Origin: a virus | Lineage: Duplodnaviria > Caudoviricetes | IMG/VR virus record: IMGVR_UViG_3300033062_002302 | Length of the DNA stretch: 64,000 nucleotides | Reading direction: 5' to 3' (one strand) | In this document: piece by piece, positions 1 through 10,500 of the stretch | Layout: each line of letters opens with the position of its first letter | Numbering within the stretch: position 1 is the stretch's first letter | Program-made: the position numbers and the translations under genes | Notes under the pieces: model-generated | The model's database searches: none | The model's input: only the letters and a program-made list of their open reading frames with translations | Told to the model about the DNA's origin: nothing

Positions 1-27
1 CACATAATGTAATAATAAGGACATGCA

Positions 28-648
28 ATGATTGATAAAAAAAATTTAAATTTAGCAGTAAATTACTATTATAAATTGGCTCAAGGCTTTGCTAATCCTG
101 AATACGCGGAGAATCTTACTAATAGCAGAATTAATTCTATTAAATCTGTTAATCCAAATGATTTAACTTCTTCTCAAGTTAAAGACTATGTAAATAGTTA
201 TTTAGATCAAGCCTCTAAAGATTTTCAAGGCAAATTAATTACTCAAGATCAATATAAGCAAATTGTGGATGCTGGTGCAGCTAAAATAAAGGATGCGGAA
301 ACTCCTGAGCGCCTTCCAGCACCAGCATTGCCCACGCCCAAGCCCAAGGCACAGAACAAACAAAATAGCCCGAAACAATGGGGCGGTCCTCTATTCATGC
401 AAATTATTTCAAAAATTCAAGAGTTTTTAATTGACAAATTAGGACCCGATTCTATCGGAGCAACTAAAGTTGATGGTAAATGGGGTCCGAAATCTCAAGC
501 AGCGTTAAAGCAATGGCTTTCCAGCAATGGTAAGTCAGGTTCCGGTTTATTGGATGAGCCAACTCTTATTATACTTAGCGATTTAATACCTGAAGTTAAA
601 CAATATTATATTCAAACATTTGGCAAACACCCAACACTTGGGTTTTAA
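28..648 (+). CDS. Hypothetical protein with C-terminal peptidoglycan-binding-like domain
   Basis: Pro/Lys-rich linker (PAPALPTPKPK) followed by VDGKWGPKSQAALKQW, resembling the PG_binding_1 'vDG.fGp.T..Al..fQ' pattern; AAGGA RBS upstream. Confidence 0.5.
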   Translation: MIDKKNLNLAVNYYYKLAQGFANPEYAENLTNSRINSIKSVNPNDLTSSQVKDYVNSYLDQASKDFQGKLITQDQYKQIVDAGAAKIKDAETPERLPAPALPTPKPKAQNKQNSPKQWGGPLFMQIISKIQEFLIDKLGPDSIGATKVDGKWGPKSQAALKQWLSSNGKSGSGLLDEPTLIILSDLIPEVKQYYIQTFGKHPTLGF

Positions 649-1211
649 CCAATAGCTAATTTATTAAATATTTTAACTTTATTTGTTAATTTAGAATGCT
701 TTTTAACGTCTATTCCTTTTAAAGGAAAGGTGATGAAAGCTTTATCATCTCCATCAGCGCCACTCCATAGGACAATTTCTGTCACTGTAAACTCTAATGG
801 GGCAAATCGGAGATCATCAATCTCTTCTTCGGCATAAGCTAAAGTAATATGGGGCTTATAATTTTTATAATTATTATTGTAGGCGACGTCAGCGTCATCA
901 AAAGCAGCTTTAAGCTTTTTATTAACATCCCCAAGCTCCGCTGATTCTATTTTAGCGATAATTGGAACCGGATTATCTTCAAATCTAGGAAAACATGTTA
1001 TTTTAGATGTTTTAATTTTAAAAGGCTTAACATCTTCAAGAGCTTCATAAGCAGCTTCCATTGCCTTACAAATATCTTTAATTTTCCAATCATCTTCAAA
1101 ACAAACAATAGTTACATGTTGTTCATTTTCGGGAACCTTATCTCCCGGAATTTCCAAATGTCTAAATAATCTTGAAATGTCTTCCGCGATTTTTATGCCA
1201 ATAAATGCCAT
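645..1211 (-). CDS. 2H phosphoesterase (LigT/2'-5' RNA ligase-like)
   Basis: Two HxT motifs (HVTIV and PHITLAY) about 90 aa apart; N-terminal AFIGI strand typical of the LigT family. Confidence 0.85.
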   Translation of the reverse strand: MAFIGIKIAEDISRLFRHLEIPGDKVPENEQHVTIVCFEDDWKIKDICKAMEAAYEALEDVKPFKIKTSKITCFPRFEDNPVPIIAKIESAELGDVNKKLKAAFDDADVAYNNNYKNYKPHITLAYAEEEIDDLRFAPLEFTVTEIVLWSGADGDDKAFITFPLKGIDVKKHSKLTNKVKIFNKLAIG

Positions 1212-1245
1212 TGTGATCCTATGCTATTATTTTGCTATATTCTAT

Positions 1246-1758
1246 ATGCCAGCCAAAATCTCCTTGAAAACATTAAAAAAAGTCCGCCCGGAGATTTTGC
1301 TGAGGCTCATTGAAAATGCTAAGACTCGTCTCAAAAAAGATGAAACGATGCAAAGAATTTGTAAAGAATATGGGCAGTCAATTGATATTATTGATTTAAT
1401 TCCGACTCGCTTTAAAGAGCTTGATGTTTCTGCTAAAACTGATCATGGAATTGTTTATTTGAACTATGCTTTGCTTGAAGACGGAGATTTTTCTAAAGAT
1501 TATTCTTATCTTATTCATGAATACTCTCATTTCTTTCAGCAGTGTTTTAATGCTAAGCCTACCAGAAGCGCGAACGATGGAGATTATTTAGAAAATCCAT
1601 ATGAACAAGAAGGATTTCAAAATCAGGTCGAATACATTGCCAATCATTATGGAGATGATGAGGCAGAAGGTTATGTTGATGATCTTCTAGATCATCATGA
1701 AATAACAAAGAAAACCGAAAAAGAAGACCTAAAAGATGTTCTCTTAGATAAAGTATAA
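1246..1758 (+). CDS. Putative zincin metallopeptidase (HExxH)
   Basis: LIHEYSHFFQQ plus downstream EQEG as third ligand; ATG at 1246 is in frame with the 1177 ORF call and avoids overlap with the divergent gene. Confidence 0.6.
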   Translation: MPAKISLKTLKKVRPEILLRLIENAKTRLKKDETMQRICKEYGQSIDIIDLIPTRFKELDVSAKTDHGIVYLNYALLEDGDFSKDYSYLIHEYSHFFQQCFNAKPTRSANDGDYLENPYEQEGFQNQVEYIANHYGDDEAEGYVDDLLDHHEITKKTEKEDLKDVLLDKV

Positions 1759-1785
1759 TAGCTTCTAATAAGCTTGAATTAAGAT

Positions 1786-3351
1786 ATGGTTTATTACTTT
1801 AATCCGGTTAATCAAGGGATTATTTCTGCGGAAAGCAATGGAGATGGATATTCCGTTGTTTTAAAGTGGAATATCGCTTATCCGACCGTCAGGACTAATA
1901 AGCTCGCTTACCACATTTACATGTCTACCGAAGAAGATACGGTCTTTTCGGAAGGTGTCAAATTTATTTCTTTTGGAACGAGCACAACCACCGAAATTTT
2001 TGATCTTGAACCTGGGCAAATGTATCACTATGCCGTCAGAGCAATTGAATATAATGAATCAACTTTTGATCTCTCTCTTCCAACTCTAGATAATGGTTTA
2101 AAAATTTACCCTCAGAGTCTCCTCCGAGCCGATATTTCTGCTAATGCAACACTTATTACATTATTAGACTCTAGCGAATTTCCTATTAAAGGAATTGTTA
2201 AAATAGGAGTTGAGTTAATAAATTATTCGAGTAATGATTTATTAAATAATAATTTAAATCTTCTTAGTTCTGTTATTCAAAGAGGTTTTAGTAATACTAA
2301 TCCTAGAATGCATCAGACGGATGGTTATGATGGTTATAATACTTGGAGCCCTTACGTTACTTATACATTAGGTAGAGATGAAGAGGCAAATACTCGGATA
2401 TTCTCTATTCAAAATAGATTTGATGGTCAGTATACTTATACTGAAGATGATGGCTATTATCAAATTACTAAAGATATTTTAACGACCGATTTATCTGGAG
2501 CAGACGCTTCAAACATTAATTTTCCTAGTTATGATTTTGCTGGTTGGCATCGAACAGACCCGGCTGATTTATTTTCTGGAGCTTGTGTTGGTAGTTATTT
2601 TGGCGGTCAATCTGGATGTGCAGATGGCTTTACGGTTCGAGGATTATCTGTTCAGGATCAAAATAATCAACGTGAAGAAATGCTATTAGATATAACCGGA
2701 GAGGCAGTTTGTCTTCTTCGGAAACGTTGGACTGGAATTACTTGTTCATGCTATTTGCCATCTAATGAAAATGCAGACGCTCGATGTCCACGATGTCTTG
2801 GCGGCAAATTCATTATTAGTTGGGATCAATATTTTAATCCAAGACGTTCTGATGGGCGTATTATGGTTCGCTTTTCACCAGCAGACGATGAAGTCAAAAA
2901 ACAAGATTTTGGTTTAGAATCAGACTTTTCAACAGATTGTTGGACTCTAACAGTTCCAACTGTTAAGGACTGGGACATTATTGTTCGTTTTGATCAAGAT
3001 GGAAATGAAGAATTTAGATATGAAGTCATGTCTGTCAATCGGAATAAAACTTTATTTGGGTTGCAAGGCGCTCAGAAATTTAAAGTTCAAAGAATTAGAA
3101 GAACGGATACGATTTATCAGGTTCCTGTCTTCCGAGATACCTCGACTCTTCCGGCTAAAATGAACACTTCTATTAGTTCTGCTTCTGGAGTTGGACCCCA
3201 CATGCACGAATTTATTACAACAAATCAAGCAGTTGGCAATTTTGGTCAAATCACAAGCGTTTCTCAAGGTCATTCTCATCAAATCAGATATGTTAATGGT
3301 CAATTAACTGTTTTAGAGGTTCTCGGTCACACTCATACGTTAGTTTTGTAA
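1786..3351 (+). CDS. Virion neck/head-closure-like protein with N-terminal FN3-like domain, Zn finger and C-terminal HxH repeats
   Basis: FN3-like LEPGQMYHYAVRA; CSC-x11-CPRCLGG motif as in large-myovirus stopper proteins; HMH/HSH/HTH at C-terminus; first gene of the tail block. Confidence 0.5.
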   Translation: MVYYFNPVNQGIISAESNGDGYSVVLKWNIAYPTVRTNKLAYHIYMSTEEDTVFSEGVKFISFGTSTTTEIFDLEPGQMYHYAVRAIEYNESTFDLSLPTLDNGLKIYPQSLLRADISANATLITLLDSSEFPIKGIVKIGVELINYSSNDLLNNNLNLLSSVIQRGFSNTNPRMHQTDGYDGYNTWSPYVTYTLGRDEEANTRIFSIQNRFDGQYTYTEDDGYYQITKDILTTDLSGADASNINFPSYDFAGWHRTDPADLFSGACVGSYFGGQSGCADGFTVRGLSVQDQNNQREEMLLDITGEAVCLLRKRWTGITCSCYLPSNENADARCPRCLGGKFIISWDQYFNPRRSDGRIMVRFSPADDEVKKQDFGLESDFSTDCWTLTVPTVKDWDIIVRFDQDGNEEFRYEVMSVNRNKTLFGLQGAQKFKVQRIRRTDTIYQVPVFRDTSTLPAKMNTSISSASGVGPHMHEFITTNQAVGNFGQITSVSQGHSHQIRYVNGQLTVLEVLGHTHTLVL

Positions 3352-3384
3352 TGGATAAAAACGTATTCTTAATGAAGAAATAAA

Positions 3385-5007
3385 ATGGGAAATTATAATA
3401 AAGGAATAGGATCATTAGGCGTTTCTCGCTATGATTTTCAAAAACATATTGAAGGAACTGATTTTAAACATCAAGCTTCTGGGATTGATCTATCAGATCC
3501 CTTATCTGAACTCGGAAATGCAACTAACCTTCAAGACGCCTTTGATAATCTCAATGATTACATAGAGATACTCAATAATGCTGGTCAAGGAATGGTCACG
3601 GTTGGTGACGGGTATGATACTTGGCATAATGCTGATGGTAATATTAATTATGATAATACTATTCCTTCTTTAAATCTTATATTAAAACCAATTTTTGATG
3701 CTATCATCAATAATACTGCTTTGCCTGCTGCTTACTCCAGAATCAAGCGAGGCGGCGTTATGGTCATCAAGGCAGGAACGTATACGGTTACAGATACAAT
3801 AGACGTTCCTGCGGGCATTACGATTCTGGGCGAGGGTTGGGGAACTAAGATTGTCAATGCGACTTCTCTTGACCTAACGATTTCTCCTCCGAATATTGAT
3901 ATGGGCGGAACGCCAAAGCCAATTTTTAGAGTCAAAGTTGATTCTAATCGTTCGACAAATGATACGGCTATTGATGCCAGCCTTTTTATGTTTAGTCGTC
4001 AAACCAAGATTGCAAATTTAGTTATTGCCGATAACTTTGTTGAAAACACTATTTTAGGCGATATTTACTATAAATTGCCTCAAAATAAAACGGGCGATAC
4101 GCCTTTGATTTCTCAGGAGGCTGGATCCAATCTAGTTCTTGAGAATGTCATGATGATTGGACGAGTTACATTTTCAAGCGGAAAAATTGTTAGTGCGGCG
4201 ACTCGCTTTGGAGTTCAACTCGATACTTCAACGGCTATTACAACTGGAACTTTTCTTCAATTAAATAAATGTTTTATGGACGGATTTTCTCAGCCAATTT
4301 CTTATTCTAATATTGGTGGTTCTGAAGACTTTTTAGAAGTTGTTAATTCTAGAATTAGAAGTCACGGCTATTTGGATGGATATCAAACAGAAAAAGAAAA
4401 AAATTGTATTGTTTTTTCTAATGGTTGTAATACTAGATTAGTTTCAAATCATTTCTTTGGAAATCATTCTTATTCAAGCACGATTTTATATATAAATGAT
4501 TTTATTTCAGGCTCAGTTTTTGGACAAAATAAAGCTAAAGTTTTAGTAGCCAGCAACGATATTGTTATTAATAAGGGAACTTCAACGATTGCAGACTTTT
4601 TTGCAGTTTATGTTAATCCAACTAATTTAACGTCTTCTTATACTAAGGCAACAATTCAAACATTTGGAAATCATTATCAACCACAATATGGTTTTGAGAT
4701 TGATTCATCTTTCAGAGTAAGAACGAATACAGTTTCTGGCAATTATACATTAGATGGTTATGGCGGCGATTATATTGTTTTAGTTGACACTTCAAGCGTT
4801 GCTGCGAATATTGATTTGCCGATTCATGTTAAAGGTCGGCAAGTTATTATCAAAGATATTTCTCAGAATTCATCTGTTAATAATATTACAGTTACTAGAT
4901 ATTCTAATACTGGAGAAATTGAAGGTTATGCTGGGGATAGAGTCTTGGCAACAAATGGCGCGTCTTGGACTTTGGTTAGTTCTGGAACCAATTGGTATTT
5001 AATTTAA
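3385..5007 (+). CDS. Tailspike/fibre-like protein with pectate-lyase-type beta-helix
   Basis: GGVMVIKAGTYTVTDTIDVPAGITILGEGWGTKI beta-helix cap; C-terminal fibre-type module ending SSGTNWYLI. Confidence 0.7.
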   Translation: MGNYNKGIGSLGVSRYDFQKHIEGTDFKHQASGIDLSDPLSELGNATNLQDAFDNLNDYIEILNNAGQGMVTVGDGYDTWHNADGNINYDNTIPSLNLILKPIFDAIINNTALPAAYSRIKRGGVMVIKAGTYTVTDTIDVPAGITILGEGWGTKIVNATSLDLTISPPNIDMGGTPKPIFRVKVDSNRSTNDTAIDASLFMFSRQTKIANLVIADNFVENTILGDIYYKLPQNKTGDTPLISQEAGSNLVLENVMMIGRVTFSSGKIVSAATRFGVQLDTSTAITTGTFLQLNKCFMDGFSQPISYSNIGGSEDFLEVVNSRIRSHGYLDGYQTEKEKNCIVFSNGCNTRLVSNHFFGNHSYSSTILYINDFISGSVFGQNKAKVLVASNDIVINKGTSTIADFFAVYVNPTNLTSSYTKATIQTFGNHYQPQYGFEIDSSFRVRTNTVSGNYTLDGYGGDYIVLVDTSSVAANIDLPIHVKGRQVIIKDISQNSSVNNITVTRYSNTGEIEGYAGDRVLATNGASWTLVSSGTNWYLI

Positions 5008-5014
5008 GGAAACG

Positions 5015-7051
5015 ATGACTTATTCTGGAAATTTAAATATAACTAAGCCAAACACTGTTAAAATACCAGCTGTTACACAATCTATTGTAACGCCTGAATG
5101 TCCAGAACCAAGCTTTGGCACGACCTTTGCGATGCAATATTATTACGATGATAATAATATGTATTTTGTTAATAAAAAAACAATTAAATCATCTATAGAT
5201 AGTATTATAAATGGAAGTTTGGTTGGTAATGCTCAAGTTGCCGGAACGTCTTACTTTTTAAGTAATATTTATCCTACTCCAATAAATGGATATTTTTATT
5301 GTTTTTCAATGCTGGACGAGACTTCTGCTGGCGTTGGAGGTAATATTTTACGCGCTTCAGTTGATTCTCCTTTGGCTTGGTATGATACTGGTGTTGTTTC
5401 GGATAGTAATGCTGTTAATCCAACAATTTATGAAGACGGATATAATATTTATTTGTTTGGAGGTTTAGTTTCAGGGGTAGAAACTGATGCGATCGATGTT
5501 GCGCCAATTGCAGACCCAACAAATTTTACCACATCTGTAAATACTTTACCAGCCGCCACAGCTTATTCTGCTATCACTGTCGCCGGATCTAGAATTTATT
5601 TGTATGGCGGATCCTCTAGCTCTTTATCGGATGCTAAAGATGAAATTTGGAGCGCTCCCCTTAGTGATCCAACAGATTGGACTATAGAGTCAAATACTTT
5701 ACCAGCACCTATATATAATGCAGCTATTTATAATGATGGTACAACTATTTATTTATTTGGTGGCATTGATCCGATGGGGCTTGGAATACTAGATACTATT
5801 TATTCTGCTCCAGTATCAGATCCTACTAATTTTACTCTTTTAGGCGGAACTTTACCAACTTTTATTGATAATCCTCGGGTTATTGCAAGTGGTGATTATC
5901 TTTATCTTTTTTCAAGCGCTTCTTCTACTCCGTATAAGGCAGAATTATCTGATTTACAAACTTGGACAACAACGGAAGTTACTCTTTCAACAGTTACAAA
6001 ATCATCTCATTTAATTCAAGATATTGCAAATAATAAATTATACAATATTGGTGGATATGACGCTTCTGGGTTGCCTCAAGCAGCTATTCAGAGTGCTGAT
6101 TTAAATAACCCAGTTGAATGGATTGATGAAGTCTCTTCTTTTACAACTGATATTGCCGGTGGCGAAGTCATTAAAACAAAAGATTATTATTTTATAGTTG
6201 GTGGCGAAGGTGTAACAGGTGGGGTTTATCAAACTTTAATTTCCGATCCTTTATCATTTTCAATATTACCTGGTACTGGACCAACTAGAAGTAATGGTAG
6301 GGCTTGCTTTATTGACGACCAGCTATTTTATTTTGGCGGGCAACAAGATGACGGATATGCCTTAGCAGATGTTAGCCGAGCAACTATTGATGGACCCAAT
6401 TTATATTGGAGAAATGAAGAGGCTGGAGATTTCAGCATAAATTTACCGATAGCCTTGACTCAATTCTCATTAATTGTCGCCGGTCCATATGTTTATATTT
6501 TAGGAGGTCATAGTGGATATTCTACTATGAATTCCAACATTTATAGATGTTTAAAAAATAAATTAGTTGCTGGACCGACTCAGGATTTTACTTGGGAAAA
6601 CGTAGGAACATTATCAACTCCAACCGTTGACGCCTCTGTCGTTGTTATTAACAATTTTGTTTATATTGTTGCAGGCGGAAATGATGGTTTCGGAGGACCT
6701 CAAGTCGCCTCAACTAAACAAATTACTTATGCTTCTCTTTCTGATTTAGCAAATGGTAAAGCTAATTTTACAACTGAAATTATTGTTGATACTATTGCAT
6801 TTGCTCAATCTAAAGCAATTTGTTTAAATGATGTAATATATTTTATAGGTGGTCGCGTGGCAGCGACTGGGTCTACTACAACCAATAAAATTTTTAAAAC
6901 AGACTGCGAAAGTATACATACTCTGATATCACAGAAAGTCCCGGAATTATTAGAAAGCTTACCAACAATAGACAATAATTCTGGTGCTTTGGGTACTTAT
7001 TCGTCCTTTCAAAGGACCGGAATGTTGCCATGGCTTGTAAGTAATAAATAA
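5015..7051 (+). CDS. Kelch-repeat beta-propeller protein (probably virion-associated)
   Basis: Many hhhGG...W/F repeats (IYLFGG, IYLYGG, LYNIGG, YFIVGG, LFYFGG, VYILGG, VYIVAGG, IYFIGG), enough for two propellers. Confidence 0.8.
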   Translation: MTYSGNLNITKPNTVKIPAVTQSIVTPECPEPSFGTTFAMQYYYDDNNMYFVNKKTIKSSIDSIINGSLVGNAQVAGTSYFLSNIYPTPINGYFYCFSMLDETSAGVGGNILRASVDSPLAWYDTGVVSDSNAVNPTIYEDGYNIYLFGGLVSGVETDAIDVAPIADPTNFTTSVNTLPAATAYSAITVAGSRIYLYGGSSSSLSDAKDEIWSAPLSDPTDWTIESNTLPAPIYNAAIYNDGTTIYLFGGIDPMGLGILDTIYSAPVSDPTNFTLLGGTLPTFIDNPRVIASGDYLYLFSSASSTPYKAELSDLQTWTTTEVTLSTVTKSSHLIQDIANNKLYNIGGYDASGLPQAAIQSADLNNPVEWIDEVSSFTTDIAGGEVIKTKDYYFIVGGEGVTGGVYQTLISDPLSFSILPGTGPTRSNGRACFIDDQLFYFGGQQDDGYALADVSRATIDGPNLYWRNEEAGDFSINLPIALTQFSLIVAGPYVYILGGHSGYSTMNSNIYRCLKNKLVAGPTQDFTWENVGTLSTPTVDASVVVINNFVYIVAGGNDGFGGPQVASTKQITYASLSDLANGKANFTTEIIVDTIAFAQSKAICLNDVIYFIGGRVAATGSTTTNKIFKTDCESIHTLISQKVPELLESLPTIDNNSGALGTYSSFQRTGMLPWLVSNK

Positions 7052-7061
7052 GGAAATTAAA

Positions 7062-7499
7062 ATGGACCAGTTATTGATGACGTTGTTAAGTTGGCAATTT
7101 TTATTATTTTGCCTTGGTTTAGCGGCAGTAACTGAGGTTATCCGTCGTTTTGTTGAATACTTTGAAAAAGATGTCAAAGATTTGAAATTATGGCATGATT
7201 TAATTCTTCCAATTTCTCCTGTTTTCCTTGGCGCGTTGTTTGCAGGCTTTATTTCAATGTATCCATATCCAGAAGGAATTACATCGGCTGGAGCTAGGGT
7301 TATTTTTGGCTTAGTCTCAGGATTACTCTCAGGGTTTATTTACCGCGCTTTAAAAGCTTTTATTAAAGCATTTATTCGTGATAAGGGAGTAAATCTTCCC
7401 GAAGCAGGTCCATCTGATTATACAATTGATTCGGTTAGAGAAACGATTCGACGTGATCCAATTGTTCCAGACGTTGAAAATAAGACCGACTCTGAATAA
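7062..7499 (+). CDS. Small membrane protein, holin-like
   Basis: Three hydrophobic segments and a charged C-terminal tail; AAGGA RBS. Confidence 0.5.
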   Translation: MDQLLMTLLSWQFLLFCLGLAAVTEVIRRFVEYFEKDVKDLKLWHDLILPISPVFLGALFAGFISMYPYPEGITSAGARVIFGLVSGLLSGFIYRALKAFIKAFIRDKGVNLPEAGPSDYTIDSVRETIRRDPIVPDVENKTDSE

Positions 7500-7551
7500 C
7501 CTTAATAAGTGTGAATAATATCACATTTTGGTACAGAATCGGAGCTAACTT

Positions 7552-10500
7552 ATGACCAGTAACTTCCCCAATACGCCGGATGACGATGTCTCCCTTCCGC
7601 GCGTAGAAAACAATATTACAGAAATCGGCAGCGAAGCAATTAATGCTTTACGCGATGCTGTTTTTAATATTGAAGAAGAAATTGGAACTATTTTAGACGG
7701 TTATTCTGCTCGCGGGTCCAAAAACTCTATTGGCGCTCGCTTGGGTGTATCTATTGAATATGATGGAACTATAAAGCCATCTGCTTTAACAAGCTTGGGT
7801 CTTGTTACCCTTCCAATTACCAATAGTCAAATTTCTGCTTCAGCCGCCATTGCCGAATCAAAATTAAATCTTGATTACAGCACTTATTCGCTGTATAATT
7901 TAATTTCAAATGTTAATACTTCCGTTAATACAGCTTTAAATTTTATTACTAATACTGGATCTAAAGTTGAGCCTCATTTAAGTGGAGCTGGATTTAAACA
8001 CACGTTATCTCACATTAACGTTGGTGCCACGTCAAGTTTCTTTAAAAATAAGAAAGCCCTTTTTAGAAATAACACGAACCTTTATACTCTTCTTGATGAT
8101 ATTAACTCGGATTATGTTGGACATCAAAAAGCAGATGGGACAGTTTTAGCAAGTGATGTAACAAGCTTGTCAACTGGAACGGTTCCTCCGGATAATTATG
8201 CACACGTTGCTGCTGGTATTAATATTAACACCAATAATTTTTCATTTATTCCTCAAACTGCCAATGATTTACAGCAATTTGCTCAATTTATTGACAATTC
8301 AAATATATTTATTCTTGGAACTAGAATTCAAACATTATACAATAATGGTATTCCAAGAGCGTCTAGGTCTTCGGCTTTAAATACAAGTGTTTCTGGTCAA
8401 AATATTATTCTGGAATCATTAGGAACGACCTATCTCCTAGATTCAGGAAGCTCGGTTCCAGTTGATAATATTGATACTGGCGACGATGTCATTTCATTAA
8501 CCCCAACCTCAGGAACAGCAAATCATACCTTTGACGCCAAGTTTGCTTTAGTTAAAGCTGGCGATATCGCAACGGTTAATTACGGAAATGTTTCTGTTTC
8601 TTTTATTATTAAAGAAAAGAAATATGTTGTTTCTGGTTTAAATAAGACTTACATAATTAGAATTAATGGCAAAAACTTATTGCCAACGACTTCTGCTCAA
8701 GTTAGCATTGATCGTCCATTATTCAATACAGACAAACAAGGTGTTTTGGCTCTTGGTATCGCTCCATTGCCAGCGGCTTTGCCAGGCGTTTATCCATCTT
8801 TAACTGTTGGCAATCCTCGTGGAGCTGAGGTTGTAAGCGTTGCTTTTAACCCCGATCTTTTGGATGGAACTCATTACAATCTTTATCTTCAACTCTTCTC
8901 TACCGGCAATCCATCAGAGTCTACTTTAAGTTTAGCTGCGGTTGATGTCACTGGTAATCTTGGAACGACTCCAGGAAGTTATACCCTTGATTCTGTTGTT
9001 GAATCGATGAATGCTGCTTTCAGAAAGCCAGGATTCAATTATCGTTTCATGGCTTTTTCTTATAAAGGCGAATTAGGATTAATGTTGTCTGATTCGGTCG
9101 GAGGAGCCAGCTTCTCTATTATTTCAGGAGCCGTCGCTTCTTCTGGAGCTTATGATCAAACTTTAACCAACACTTTATATCCAAATAACGTTATTGGATT
9201 ATTTGATGGAAAAGACGGGTTAGGCTTTGGACCATCTAATGCTGCGGTTGCGAGCCCCGCTTATGCTAGTAGCTATTCAACGTCAGATGCCTCTCAGGTT
9301 CCAACTAAAATTTTCGTTCCATTAACCAAGAAAACGTATTATGTTAATGGAGTTGAACGAGAGCGCCTTAACTTAGAGCCAAATCAATCAATTGATGGTT
9401 ATGGAGATGGATACTGGGAAGCAACAATTACGGCTAAAGTGATTGTTCCTGGAACAAGAGTCAAAGTTACCTATCAGGTTAATGCTGATTTAACAACTTC
9501 TAGTCTTAAGCCAGGCAAAACGATTCTAATTCAAAAAGAATCTTCTGGAACCCAATCAGATTTTGGTCGATATGTTATCGAAGATATGCAATTTAACAGT
9601 TGCATTTGTGATGGTTACACCGAATATGTTACTTTAACCGTTTATGATGCCGTTCATGGAACAGGAATTACACCATACTTAAGCTCTAACGTTGGAACTA
9701 AGGTTAGAATTTATTATTCTGGTGATTCCGTTAGCTTTAATAATCAAAATGTTAATGATGTAAGCGCGTTTACAGATTACAAGCGCTCTTTTGAAATTTT
9801 GATTAATCAGAATGGTTTGACCTTCTCGCATGAACGCGCTCGAATGAATGTAACCGGAGCAACTCAGATTGTCAATGGAGTTTCTCTTTATAGCTCATCA
9901 GAACTAGCTTTTGCCAATATCTATAGGGTTTCTCCAAAACTTCGTGGCTATTCTTTTGCTTCAGTTAAAAAAATTAACTTAACAATTACAAGTTATAACG
10001 TTAACTCTGGAACTTTTTCAGGCTATCTATGCCGTTGGGACGGTTCCGTTGAAACGAGTCTTGGTCCTGTAACAGTAGGTAAAAAAGGACAGGTTGTTAG
10101 ATTCTATGATGAAACAAACATTGATTTCATTGATATTATCTTTAATCAAAATGATGCTGTTCCAGCTATTAACGCAACAAGAAGAATAGACATTCAATTA
10201 TTTGGAACATTATCTCTTGATGACGAAGTTATGCTTCTAGGAACGTGTCAGGTTGCTGATAGCGTAAAGAAAATTACATATTTGCGCGATGAACGTCAAT
10301 TTGGTAACGTTAGTGAAAAACAATTAACTAACTCTGCTCTTGATTATATTGCTGCACCAACTCAGCTTCTTTCTGAAAATGGAATCATACGCGGATTTGA
10401 CGTTGTTAGTATCCCATCGGGAGCTAATCCATATCCTAACGTTGTCGCCGTTAAAGGCGGAACAGCTGTTATTAATGGTAAAATCATTCAAGTTAACCAC

